A DNA stretch of 64,000 nt from the NCBI GenBank assembly GCA_963693055.1, contig OY843751.1:128001-192000 (forward strand), given 5' to 3'. This stretch comes from a bacterium. Lineage in GTDB: Bacteria > Zhuqueibacterota > Zhuqueibacteria > Residuimicrobiales > Krinioviventaceae. Shown one piece after another: positions 30,146 through 40,089 of this stretch; within the stretch, counting starts at the first letter, position 1, and every line of letters starts with the position of its first letter. The position numbers and the translations under genes are program-made. A model generated the notes under the pieces. That model was not told where the DNA came from. It saw only the letters and a program-made list of their open reading frames with translations, and did not search any database.

Positions 30146-30205
30146 TTGAAGAGAGAATATTTTTTTAGTATATTTTCGACCAGAGAACGGTTTTAGTCGA
30201 AAATA
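30146..30205 (+). promoter_or_regulatory. Promoter with overlapping inverted-repeat operator (TetR)
   Basis: TTGAAG-17 bp-TATATT; TATTTTCGAC-N15-GTCGAAAATA at 30171-30205. Confidence 0.75.
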
Positions 30206-30216
30206 TTAAGGTCGAG

Positions 30217-30792
30217 ATGGCAGAAGATAAAAAAGAAAACATAATATCCATTGCACAAAAAAGATTTGCACATTATGGAATTCAAAAAACCACAATGGAT
30301 GAAATAGCCAAAGAAGCCAGAATGGGCAAGGCTTCTCTTTATTATTATTTTAAAAGTAAAGAAGATATTTTTGTTGCTGTTATACATAAAGAAGCTGCGG
30401 TGCTGCGCCAAAAAACCAGGCAAGCAATTCTGACTGTAGACTCGCCGAAGGAAAAGCTGTATAAATACATCTTGACCCGTATGACTCATTTAAGAGAACT
30501 GGGTAATTATTATACGACTATTAAAGACGAGTTTTTTACGCATTATGAATTTATAAATCAGATACGTAAAGAATTCATCGAGAATGAAATGGAGACCATT
30601 AAAGACATTCTTGATGATGGTATTAAATGTAATATATTTGAAGTTATTGATACAACAATGGTAGCACGTATAATGACAATAGCGCTTAAAGGTTTCGAGT
30701 ATCCCCTTATTGTAGAGAATGTAGACGTTACCTTGAGTCGTGATATTAAAACAATGCTTGACATTTTGTATAAAGGTTTAGAAAAGAGATAA
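30217..30792 (+). CDS. TetR/AcrR family regulator
   Basis: TTMDEIAKEARMGKASLYYYFKSKEDIF HTH. Confidence 0.95.
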   Translation: MAEDKKENIISIAQKRFAHYGIQKTTMDEIAKEARMGKASLYYYFKSKEDIFVAVIHKEAAVLRQKTRQAILTVDSPKEKLYKYILTRMTHLRELGNYYTTIKDEFFTHYEFINQIRKEFIENEMETIKDILDDGIKCNIFEVIDTTMVARIMTIALKGFEYPLIVENVDVTLSRDIKTMLDILYKGLEKR

Positions 30793-30822
30793 TGGCGTAA
30801 CGGATTCGACTGGTTTTTTCAG

Positions 30823-30858
30823 TATTTTCAACTAGAAAAACCGTTTTGGTCTAAAAAT
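30823..30858. promoter_or_regulatory. Second, degenerate TetR operator
   Basis: TATTTTCAACTAGAAAAACCGTTTTGGTCTAAAAAT resembles the reverse complement of the 30171 site. Confidence 0.55.
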
Positions 30859-30888
30859 TAACAGCTTACTTGAATTTTGAGGTATGAC

Positions 30889-31500
30889 ATGTCTGAATCA
30901 CCCAATGGGATATTGCCCAATGTGTTTGAGCACTGGTTTTGTGATCAAATGCAGCATGTTTCAACATTGTTGTCACGTCTTGGAATAAAGCCCAATACAA
31001 TTACCCTAATCAGTTTGGTTTTTGGATTGCTTGCGGGTGTATTTGTGTCTATAAACCGGTTTGGTTTGGCAGTTACTGCTTTTATTCTTATGGGACTGTT
31101 TGATATTTTTGATGGCCAGGTGGCAAAATATACAAATCAAACCAGTTCTTTTGGAGCTATTCTCGATTCTACCGTAGACAGATTTAACGATGCATTTATT
31201 ATGACCGGCCTGGCTGTTTATTTTTATCGTATAGGAGAACCCGTGTGGGGATTGTGGCTCGCATTTGCGCTTACCGGTTCTTTTATTGTGAGTTATGTTA
31301 AAGCTCGTGCAGACGGGGTAGGTGCATCTTGTGCTACCGGGTTATTGCAACGAGCAGAGCGTTTGGTATTAATATCTTTGGGACTGGTTTTTCAGGGATT
31401 GGTTTTAAGATCTGTAATTATAGTTCTTGCAATCCTGACAAATGTGACAGTTTTGCAAAGACTTTTATATGTAAAAAAAAGACTCGACCAGGAAACATGA
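30889..31500 (+). CDS. CDP-alcohol phosphatidyltransferase family protein
   Basis: PNTIT, DIFDGQVAK...FGAILDSTVDR, SYVKARA. Confidence 0.92.
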   Translation: MSESPNGILPNVFEHWFCDQMQHVSTLLSRLGIKPNTITLISLVFGLLAGVFVSINRFGLAVTAFILMGLFDIFDGQVAKYTNQTSSFGAILDSTVDRFNDAFIMTGLAVYFYRIGEPVWGLWLAFALTGSFIVSYVKARADGVGASCATGLLQRAERLVLISLGLVFQGLVLRSVIIVLAILTNVTVLQRLLYVKKRLDQET

Positions 31501-31574
31501 TTTCATGCTGCCTGGTTGAGTAATAGAAATTTATTATAATTTATAATCAGTAATAATTGCTGAAAGGGATTAAC

Positions 31575-32615
31575 ATGTTGAAAAAAATTATACCGTTTCT
31601 GATTCTATTATCAACGGTTGTATTTATGAACAGTTGCAAAAATGGCAAAGCAGCAACACAAAATCAGAATGCCGTTAATGTTAATGTACAAACGGTTGAG
31701 GCGTTAAGCATTCATGAAGCCATTGCATACAGCGGCTCTATTGTAGAGTCGGAATCTGTGCCGCTAAGTTTTATGGTTACCGGTCGGGTAGAGCGTGTAT
31801 TGGTTTCTGAAGGAGATTATGTAAAAAAAGGTCAATTGCTAGCTGAACTTGGCAAAGAAACGCTGAGCAATGCATATGAAATGGCTCTTGCTACTTATAA
31901 TCAGGCAAAAGATGCCTATACCCGGTTAAAGCCCATGTACGATAATGGCAATTTACCTGAAATCAAGTTTATTGATGTGGAAACCAAGCTGCAGCAAGCA
32001 AAGTCAGCCAGTGCAATATCTAAAAAGAATCTGGATGATTGTGCCTTGTATGCCCCATCTAATGGATATATTGGCAGCCGTGCTATTGAACCGGGTATGA
32101 CCATTGTACCGGGTATAACAGCAATCAACATTATTAAAATCAACAAGGTTTATGCTTCCATTTCTGTTCCAGAAAATGAAATTGTAAATATATCCAGAAA
32201 TCAGAAATGTCTGGTAAACGTGGCTGCCCTTGGAAAACAGACTTTTGAAGGCGTTGTAGAGCAAGTAGGCGTTGTAGCGAATCCATTATCACGTGCTTAC
32301 AAGGTCAAGATTTCCATTGCCAATCAAAATAACGTACTAAAACCGGGTATGATTTGTGATGTCACACTTGAAACATCAGACAATTCTTCAAGTGTGGTTG
32401 TTCCCAATTATTCAGTATTGGTAGACGAAGACGGCAAGACCTTTGTTTATACTGTTGAGCAAAACAATACAATTGCCAAACGGAAATGGGTAACAACCCG
32501 AAATTTAACACGAAAGGGTGTAGAGATTGTCGATGGATTAACGACAGGTGAAATACTAGTGGTTGCAGGACACCAAAAGTTGATGGATGGCGCCAGAGTA
32601 GTTGTTGTTAACTGA
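31575..32615 (+). CDS. RND efflux periplasmic adaptor (MFP)
   Basis: Lipobox NSC, GRVERVLVSEGDYVKKGQLLA, LKPGM. Confidence 0.93.
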   Translation: MLKKIIPFLILLSTVVFMNSCKNGKAATQNQNAVNVNVQTVEALSIHEAIAYSGSIVESESVPLSFMVTGRVERVLVSEGDYVKKGQLLAELGKETLSNAYEMALATYNQAKDAYTRLKPMYDNGNLPEIKFIDVETKLQQAKSASAISKKNLDDCALYAPSNGYIGSRAIEPGMTIVPGITAINIIKINKVYASISVPENEIVNISRNQKCLVNVAALGKQTFEGVVEQVGVVANPLSRAYKVKISIANQNNVLKPGMICDVTLETSDNSSSVVVPNYSVLVDEDGKTFVYTVEQNNTIAKRKWVTTRNLTRKGVEIVDGLTTGEILVVAGHQKLMDGARVVVVN

Positions 32616-32634
32616 TGAACAGGAATTAGATAAA

Positions 32635-35600
32635 ATGAAAAATAAAAAAACATTAATGGATATTATACTGGACTATAAGCAATTGTTAATTATTATTACC
32701 TTTTTGTCTGTTGTTTTTGGTGTAGTTGCTTTGTTTAATATGCCAAGGGACGAATTCCCGGAATTCAGTGTACGAAAGGGATTGGTCATTGGTATTTATC
32801 CCGGTGCAACTTCTCACCAGGTAGAAGAACAGTTGACTAAAAAAGTTGAGAATTATCTGTTCCAGTATGAAGAGATTGACAAAGAAAAGACCTTTTCCAT
32901 CTCTAAAGAGAATGTTATGGTTATATATGTTGAAGTTCAGCGTAAATTAAAACAACCCAAGCTTTTCTGGGCAAAACTCCGTAATGGATTGGATGATTTT
33001 AAGAGCCAGTTGCCTTCCGGGGTAATGTCATTATCCGCAAATGAAGATTTTGGTAACACATCAGCCATTCTGTTGGCTGTTGAATCTGAAACCAAAACAT
33101 ACAAAGAACTGGAAAAATATATAGAAACGTTTGAAGACGATGTCCGCGCAATACCGGCAACATCTCGGGTTAAGCATTTTGGCCTGCAGGAAGAAGAGAT
33201 CAATGTCTATATTGATGATGCCAAACTGGCCTATTATGGAGTAAAACCCCTGACAGTTCTTGCCGCTCTAAGACCTGAGGGAATGGTGAATTACGCTGGT
33301 GAAATTGATGATGGAGAATATATCCGTCCTATTCACATCCCTTCAGGATATAATACAGAAAGTGATATTGCCAATCAGATTGTTTATTCAGATCCAACGG
33401 GTCAGGTTGTGCGGGTTAAGGATATTGCCAAGGTTGTTCGTGAATATAAAGAACCGGATTCCTTTATCCGGTTTAACGGCAAGAAATGTCTAATCATCTC
33501 GCTTGAAATGCAGCCCGGCAATAATATCGTTCATTATGGTGCCAAGGTTAATAAAGTAATTGATGAATTCAAAAGCCAGGTACCCGCGGATGTAAATGTT
33601 GGCCTTATATCTGATATGCCGCATTTTGTGTCTGAATCTATTTTGCACTTTTTAAAAGAATTTGCCCTTGCCATAATTGCGGTCATATTGGTAACTGTAT
33701 TACTGTTGCCAAAACGGGTTGCTTTTGTTGCGGCGTCGGCAATTCCCATATCAGTTTTAATGACCGTGGGGATGTTGTGGATGTTTGGTATCAGCTTGCA
33801 AACCGTTTCGTTAGCGGGACTGATTATTGTGCTGGGTATGGTTGTTGATAATGCCATTGTGATTATTGATAATTATGTGGAAAAATTGGACCAGGGAGTA
33901 TCTCCACACGACGCTGCTTCAAAAAGTGTGGGTGATCTGTTTGGGTCCGTGTTCTTTGCAACACTGATTATTGTGGTATGTTTTTTGCCCATGACTCAGT
34001 TGATGACTGGCCTAGCCGGGGATTTTGTAAAGTCGTTACCGGTAACCATTGCAATTGCACTTTTTTTATCTTTGATTGTTTCGGTTTTACTTGTGCCGTT
34101 GATGAGCTATGTTTTTATAAAACATGGAATTAAGGCCAATAATGATTCGAATAAGCGTTCCTTTTTGGACAGATTGCAGGCATTTTATGATAATCTTTTG
34201 GAAAGGTCCTTTCGGAATGAAAAGGTTATTGTTTTAATTGGTATTCTGTCATTTGTGCTTGGTTTGGTAATGCTGCTAATTACACCTCAAAAGCCGTTTC
34301 CCGCTTTTCAGCGCAATCAGTTTGCGGTTGAAGTTTATTTACCTGTTGGCAGTTCACTTCAGCAAACAGACAGTGTAATTCAGCAAGTTGAAGCATTGTT
34401 GTTAAAAGACAGTCGGGTTGAAAATGTTGCAGCTTTTGTTGGAAGCAGTTCACCACGATTTAACACACTTTATGCTCCCCAGTTTCCGGCCAAGCATTAT
34501 GGACAATTGCTTGTCATTACCAAGTCTAACAAAGCAACAGAAGATATTCTGAATGAATATTCGGTAAAATATAGAAATTACTTTCCCAATGCGCATGTGA
34601 AATGGAAACAACTGGAAATGGTAACATCTGATGCTGCCATTGAAGTAAGGTTGACCGGTCATGATATTACCGGGTTGAAAAAAGCCGGCAATGCTTTGAT
34701 AGAACAAATACGTTCACTGGATGGTGTACAATGGGCGCGCACTAATTATAAAGAACCGTTGCAATCCGTTCAATTGAATTTGAAAGCAGACCAGGCCAGC
34801 CGAATGGGATATTCCAAAACATATTTGGACTATTCTCTGCTTATTGGCACCAAGGGTTTCCCGGTATCTACAATCTGGGAAGATGATTACCCTGTTGATG
34901 TCAACCTCCGGATAGATAAAAAAGTTAAATCCGATATTAATGACATAATGGATATGTATGTAACATCCATGTTTGTGGCAACTGCGGTGCCGGTACGGCA
35001 ATTGGCAGATGCAGAACAAACCTGGAGCGAGGGAGAGATTGTTCATCGGAATGGCGTAAGGACCTTGACCGTGTCTGTTGATCCTATGAGGGGGTATTAT
35101 GCATCTGATCTTTTGGCCCAAATAGAGCCCATGATTGAAAAACTCAATCTGCCAGATGATATATCTGTACATTATGGCGGTGAACATGAGATGCAGGTAG
35201 AAGAAATGACCCCGCTGTATTATTCACTCGCTGTTAGCGTTGCCATTATCTTTTTAATCCTGTTGTTTCAGTTCAAGAGTATCAAAAAAACTGTGCTAAT
35301 TATGGTTACCATGCCCTTGAGCCTTTTTGGTGCGGCATTGGGTGTTCTGGTTAACGGATATCCTTTTAGCGTTACGGCATTTATCGGATTAATTGGTTTA
35401 TTCGGCATTGTGGTGCGTAATGGTATAATATATCTTTCGTATGCGGATGAACTGAGGTTTGAGCATGGTATGGAGGTAGAGCAGGCCGCAATATCAGCCG
35501 CAAAGCGTCGTATGCGCCCCATCTTTTTGACTGCCGCGGCTGCAGCAGTAGGTGTTGTTCCTATGGTAATCAGTCGTTCGCCTTTGTGGGGCCCCCTGGG

Positions 35601-35709
35601 ATCTGTGATATGTTTTGGGCTGCTTTTTGCGCTTGTATTGTCCCTGTTGGTGCTTCCGGTGTTGTATTCTCTTGCACACCGTAATGAATTAAAAGTTATG
35701 GAGAGTTGA
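32635..35709 (+). CDS. RND efflux permease
   Basis: GMVVDNAIV, GIVVRNGI, RMRPIFLT; over 1000 aa. Confidence 0.95.
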   Translation: MKNKKTLMDIILDYKQLLIIITFLSVVFGVVALFNMPRDEFPEFSVRKGLVIGIYPGATSHQVEEQLTKKVENYLFQYEEIDKEKTFSISKENVMVIYVEVQRKLKQPKLFWAKLRNGLDDFKSQLPSGVMSLSANEDFGNTSAILLAVESETKTYKELEKYIETFEDDVRAIPATSRVKHFGLQEEEINVYIDDAKLAYYGVKPLTVLAALRPEGMVNYAGEIDDGEYIRPIHIPSGYNTESDIANQIVYSDPTGQVVRVKDIAKVVREYKEPDSFIRFNGKKCLIISLEMQPGNNIVHYGAKVNKVIDEFKSQVPADVNVGLISDMPHFVSESILHFLKEFALAIIAVILVTVLLLPKRVAFVAASAIPISVLMTVGMLWMFGISLQTVSLAGLIIVLGMVVDNAIVIIDNYVEKLDQGVSPHDAASKSVGDLFGSVFFATLIIVVCFLPMTQLMTGLAGDFVKSLPVTIAIALFLSLIVSVLLVPLMSYVFIKHGIKANNDSNKRSFLDRLQAFYDNLLERSFRNEKVIVLIGILSFVLGLVMLLITPQKPFPAFQRNQFAVEVYLPVGSSLQQTDSVIQQVEALLLKDSRVENVAAFVGSSSPRFNTLYAPQFPAKHYGQLLVITKSNKATEDILNEYSVKYRNYFPNAHVKWKQLEMVTSDAAIEVRLTGHDITGLKKAGNALIEQIRSLDGVQWARTNYKEPLQSVQLNLKADQASRMGYSKTYLDYSLLIGTKGFPVSTIWEDDYPVDVNLRIDKKVKSDINDIMDMYVTSMFVATAVPVRQLADAEQTWSEGEIVHRNGVRTLTVSVDPMRGYYASDLLAQIEPMIEKLNLPDDISVHYGGEHEMQVEEMTPLYYSLAVSVAIIFLILLFQFKSIKKTVLIMVTMPLSLFGAALGVLVNGYPFSVTAFIGLIGLFGIVVRNGIIYLSYADELRFEHGMEVEQAAISAAKRRMRPIFLTAAAAAVGVVPMVISRSPLWGPLGSVICFGLLFALVLSLLVLPVLYSLAHRNELKVMES

Positions 35710-35714
35710 TCGGT

Positions 35715-37061
35715 ATGAAGAATATGAAATTATATATAGCATTAACTTTGCTCTTGTGTGCATTTCAGGGTTTTTCTCAAGGCATATTAACACTTGATCA
35801 AAGCATTGAACTTGCATTGCAAAACAATACTGAAATACGAAATAGCGCACTCGAGATCAAAGCCGCCAGGCAGGTCAAAAAAGCCGCATTTACGCATTAT
35901 TTTCCCCAGATTGATGCCGGCGGATTAATGTTTGAGATGGATAAAAATGTGATCGAAACCAGTATCGATGCAGTGAACCTGCCGGTGTGGGATGGGAATC
36001 CTGCAACCCTGATGAATCCTTCCCAGTTTGCCTATTTCCCGGGAATGGATCTGGCATTGTTGAAAAAGGGTACTGTGGGTTTTGTGAATGCTTTACAGCC
36101 TGTATTTGCCGGTGGAAGGATCTATAACGGCAACAAGCTTGCATCGGTAGGTGTAGATGCTTCCAGGTACAAGCATGATCTGAAAAAAGATGAAATTGTA
36201 CTGAAAACCGAGGAACAATACTGGCAAATTGTATCGCTCGATGAAAAGACCAAAACCATTGATAAATATTTGGAAATGTTGAACAGTTTGCAAGACCAGG
36301 TTAACGATGCCTATGAGGCAGGTATTGTAATGAAAAATGATGTGCTCAAAGTCAAGCTTGAACTCAACAAGGTGCTATTGCAACAGTCAAAATTGTTGAA
36401 CGGAAAGAAACTGGCAAATATGGCTTTTTGTCAGAACCTTGGCATTTCTTTAGATACCACCCTGGTGTTGAGAGATGAGCTGGTGGTCAAGGATACTCCG
36501 GAAACGTTTTATGTGGACAAGAACAGCGCCCTGGTAAAACGGGACGAGTATCAATTGCTACAGTTATCTGTTAAAGCTGAAAAGCTGCAAACCCGAATGT
36601 CTGTGGGCAAGCATCTTCCACAGGCAGGTGTGGGCATAAACGGTTTATATGTCAAAGTAGACGAGTTTGATAAACACACCAACAGCATGGTATATGGAAC
36701 GGTTGCTGTTCCCATCTCGGGATGGTGGGGAGGCACTCATGAATTGCAGGAACACAAGGTTAAAGAAAATATTGCTAAAAACAATCTGGCCAATACGTCC
36801 GAGTTGTTGCTGCTGCAAATTCAAAAAACCTGGCAGGACTTTACAGATGCTTACAAGCAGTATCAATTGAGTTTGGAAGCCAAAGCCCAGGCAGATGAGA
36901 ATTTAAAGGTCAATCAGGACAGTTATGATAACGGACTGATTGCAGTTTCGGATCTTTTGGAGGCACAGGCTTTGTTACAGCAGACAGAAGATCAGTTGAT
37001 TGATGCCAAATCGCAGTATCTGGTTAACAAAACCCGGTATCTGCAGGTTACGGGTCGCTGA
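35715..37061 (+). CDS. TolC family outer-membrane protein
   Basis: LTLDQSIELALQNN, QPVFAGG, YDNGLIAVSDLLEAQ. Confidence 0.93.
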   Translation: MKNMKLYIALTLLLCAFQGFSQGILTLDQSIELALQNNTEIRNSALEIKAARQVKKAAFTHYFPQIDAGGLMFEMDKNVIETSIDAVNLPVWDGNPATLMNPSQFAYFPGMDLALLKKGTVGFVNALQPVFAGGRIYNGNKLASVGVDASRYKHDLKKDEIVLKTEEQYWQIVSLDEKTKTIDKYLEMLNSLQDQVNDAYEAGIVMKNDVLKVKLELNKVLLQQSKLLNGKKLANMAFCQNLGISLDTTLVLRDELVVKDTPETFYVDKNSALVKRDEYQLLQLSVKAEKLQTRMSVGKHLPQAGVGINGLYVKVDEFDKHTNSMVYGTVAVPISGWWGGTHELQEHKVKENIAKNNLANTSELLLLQIQKTWQDFTDAYKQYQLSLEAKAQADENLKVNQDSYDNGLIAVSDLLEAQALLQQTEDQLIDAKSQYLVNKTRYLQVTGR

Positions 37062-37139
37062 GACCCTGATTAATGACCTTAATTTAAGGATTACCTTGAT
37101 TAGATCTGGTTGTTGATTCGTTTTGAATAATGATAATTC

Positions 37140-37170
37140 GCCAGGCACTTTTAGTGTCTGGCTTTTTTTT
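37140..37170 (+). terminator. Intrinsic terminator of the efflux operon
   Basis: GCCAGGCACT/AGTGTCTGGC stem plus T8. Confidence 0.8.
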
Positions 37171-37226
37171 GTCCAAAACCATCTTTTAACTGGTCCGCCA
37201 TTAGTTGGGGACAAAAGTATCTTTTA

Positions 37227-37262
37227 GATCGTGACGGAGATAAGCAGAGCGTTCTCCGTCAT
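37227..37262. repeat. REP-like palindrome
   Basis: GTGACGGAGA...TCTCCGTCAT; degenerate copy at 19452-19488. Confidence 0.65.
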
Positions 37263-37566
37263 GTTACTTTTCAGCTCTGACACCCAGCCCGGAACATCTT
37301 ATTTATTGTAATGAGGATTTTCAAAATGTGTGTACAATCCAAGTACCGGTAATGAGTGCATAATAGGATTTTAAATAAACAAATGCACATTACAATACTT
37401 TAAAAAAATATGATTGAATTTAATGCTTGATGGAAATTTTGTGGTATTGGGTTTTGTTTTTAAAGCATCGCTAGTGAATTCCATTCAGCTATTCTTTTCT
37501 ACCTCTCACACTTTTGCTTTCGGTAAATAACTCTCTTGACATATAATATATTTTTCGGAGGTTTTT

Positions 37567-39024
37567 ATGAAGATTCCAAAGACAGTCTTTATTTTGTTTG
37601 TTGCGGTATTGTTCATTTCCTGCTCAATGAGCACTAAAGAATTACCCATTACTACCTCTTCAAAAGATGCGTTGGCGCTTTATCATCAGGCTCAGGCATT
37701 TGCCGATAATTTGAAAAGGCAAAACGCAAAAGAACTGTTTGAAAAGGCACTTGCTTTGGATCCTGAATTTGCCATGGCGCATTTACAATTGGCCTTTGCC
37801 GAGTTTGGTGGCGGAGATGCCGATAAAGCGTTTGATCATTACAGCAAGGCCCTTTCTTTAAAAGATAAAGTCTCTGACGGAGAAAAGATCTTTCTAGATG
37901 CTACTGAAGCCGGTTTTACCGGAGATCGTCAAACCCAGATAGAGAAATTGATGCAGTTGGTTGAAATGTACCCCAATGATAAACGAATATATATGAATTT
38001 GGGTATTTTCTACTCTGGTCAGCAGGATTGGAATAATGCTATTGGCTCATTGGAAAAAGCCATTCAGGTTGAACCCGCATTTGCACCTGCTTATAATCAG
38101 TTGGCATATATCTATTTATATAGCAATCAATATGACAAGGCCGAGAAAACAATCAAAAAATATACGGAATTGATACCCGACCAGGCCAATCCCTGGGATT
38201 CCTATGCGGAAATCTTGATGAAACAAGGCAAGTTTGATGAATCTATTACTGCTTACAAAAAAGCATTGGATCTGGATCCCGAATTTTATGTCTCTTATCT
38301 GGGAATTGGTACCAATTATATGTTGATGGACCAGCACTTGCATTCACTGGATGTCTTTCAAACCTATTATGACAAAGTGCCGGATTATGGCAACAAGCGT
38401 AACGCACAGTTTGGAATGCTACGCTGCCGCATTGACAACCAGGATTATGAAAAGGCGATGGAGCTTTTAAATACAATGTATGAAGAAGCAAAATCCAATA
38501 ATAATTATGTGGACATGTCAAACGATGTCAATGTAATGGGTGATGTCTTGTTTGCTCAAAAAGACTTTCAGGGTGCTCTGGCCAAATATGATATGTCTCA
38601 AGCGTTATTTGAAAGCTCTGAGATGGTGAATCAGGACCAAAAAGAAGCGGCAAAGCAGGGGCTGCTGTTTAATCAGATTCGTGTTGATATTAAAGAAGCC
38701 CGGTACGAGCAAGCTGCGGAAAAGATTTCAAAATATACACAAATTGCCAAGCGTAAAAACAACTCGGGGCAATTGCGTGCCTCTCACTTGTTGAAAGGGA
38801 TGCTGGCAATGCAGCAGGAAAACTGGCAGGATGCGGCAACCGAGCTTGAACAGGCTAATATGAGGAATCCCAGAGTGTTGTATTACCTGGCCAAAGTGTA
38901 TTTAAACCTGGGCGATAAGGAAAAGGCCAAAGCCTATTGTGAAAAGGCCGCGAATTTTAATGAACAGGCATATGTCTATGCCTATGTACGTAAACCCGCC
39001 AAAGAGATGTTGACGGGGATGTGA
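37567..39024 (+). CDS. TPR-repeat lipoprotein, paralog B
   Basis: FISC lipobox; 485 aa, collinear with 28582..30039. Confidence 0.85.
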   Translation: MKIPKTVFILFVAVLFISCSMSTKELPITTSSKDALALYHQAQAFADNLKRQNAKELFEKALALDPEFAMAHLQLAFAEFGGGDADKAFDHYSKALSLKDKVSDGEKIFLDATEAGFTGDRQTQIEKLMQLVEMYPNDKRIYMNLGIFYSGQQDWNNAIGSLEKAIQVEPAFAPAYNQLAYIYLYSNQYDKAEKTIKKYTELIPDQANPWDSYAEILMKQGKFDESITAYKKALDLDPEFYVSYLGIGTNYMLMDQHLHSLDVFQTYYDKVPDYGNKRNAQFGMLRCRIDNQDYEKAMELLNTMYEEAKSNNNYVDMSNDVNVMGDVLFAQKDFQGALAKYDMSQALFESSEMVNQDQKEAAKQGLLFNQIRVDIKEARYEQAAEKISKYTQIAKRKNNSGQLRASHLLKGMLAMQQENWQDAATELEQANMRNPRVLYYLAKVYLNLGDKEKAKAYCEKAANFNEQAYVYAYVRKPAKEMLTGM

Positions 39025-39057
39025 AATTATTGTTAAAAGAGTTGTTAGTTGAAATGG

Positions 39058-39090
39058 ATTTGCCTGGCACCAACAAGGTGCCAGGCAAAT
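39058..39090. repeat. Perfect palindrome between convergent genes (terminator or REP)
   Basis: ATTTGCCTGGCACC-AACAA-GGTGCCAGGCAAAT. Confidence 0.75.
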
Positions 39091-39127
39091 ATTTTAAAAA
39101 TTATAGCCTTCTTGAGAGATTTATATC

Positions 39128-40081
39128 TTACACATGGTTCCTGAGCATCAGCTCCGTTGGGTGGGGATTGAGATAGTGCTGGCATTTGAGATAAGAATCG
39201 TCAAATTTACGAACAAAGTGGTTCAGTAGGGTTACAGGGACGATAAGAGGAACGAGTCCGTTGTGATAATTGGAGATGATCTGTTTTAATTCCTGTTTTT
39301 CATCTGCTGAAAGTTCTTTTTTGAAATACCCCATAATGTGGTCCAGCACATTGGTGTTTTTCTTGACTGTGGCTTTGAGCTTCAGCGTCTCCATGAGCAG
39401 ATCGTAATATTGTACCAGCATCTGTTCACGCGGCATGGATTTGGGATTCGAGACAATACGTCCCAGTTCATAGAGCTTTTCCGTATGGTGTGCCATGATT
39501 AGCAGTTTGTGATGGGTGTGAAAATCTACCAGTCCTTTTGCTGAACCGTCATTGCGCAGGAATTCTTTCCAACGGTGCACCACAAAAATACGCTCAATAA
39601 AGTTTTCCCGTAAACCAGGATCGTTCAAACGGCCTTCATCTTCTACCGGTATACCGGGAAAACGCTCCATAAATGCTTTTGCCCAAAGTCCAACGCTTTT
39701 GGCGTGTTTGATATTGCCGTTTTCGTGATAGAGTTTTATGTCACGCATGCCCGAGCTGGGGGATTTGGTTTTAAATATATAGCCGCAAAGTTCTTCATTT
39801 TCCAGTTCGTTCAGGCGTTTTTCGGCCCAGGTCATCATTTTTTCAGTATGGTCAATGCCCGATTTGATGGTCATCAGTCGCGGTCCCTGGGGAGAATCTT
39901 CAAGATGCATGGCTTCTCGCGGAATGGGCAGGCCGCAATCGGCTTCCGGACATACCGGTACCCAGTTCACAAAGGGCCCCAGTGTATCGTACAAATAGCG
40001 GTCCAGTTTGTGGCCGCCATCATACCTTACTTTTTCTCCCAACAGACAGGTGCTGATCCCCAATACAATTTTATCCTGCAT
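39128..40081 (-). CDS. YbgA family protein (DUF523 + DUF1722)
   Basis: GISTCLLGEKVRYDGGHK, VCPE, KSPSSG, YLNPHPTELMLRNHV. Confidence 0.92.
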   Translation of the reverse strand: MQDKIVLGISTCLLGEKVRYDGGHKLDRYLYDTLGPFVNWVPVCPEADCGLPIPREAMHLEDSPQGPRLMTIKSGIDHTEKMMTWAEKRLNELENEELCGYIFKTKSPSSGMRDIKLYHENGNIKHAKSVGLWAKAFMERFPGIPVEDEGRLNDPGLRENFIERIFVVHRWKEFLRNDGSAKGLVDFHTHHKLLIMAHHTEKLYELGRIVSNPKSMPREQMLVQYYDLLMETLKLKATVKKNTNVLDHIMGYFKKELSADEKQELKQIISNYHNGLVPLIVPVTLLNHFVRKFDDSYLKCQHYLNPHPTELMLRNHV

Positions 40082-40089
40082 ATAACAAC

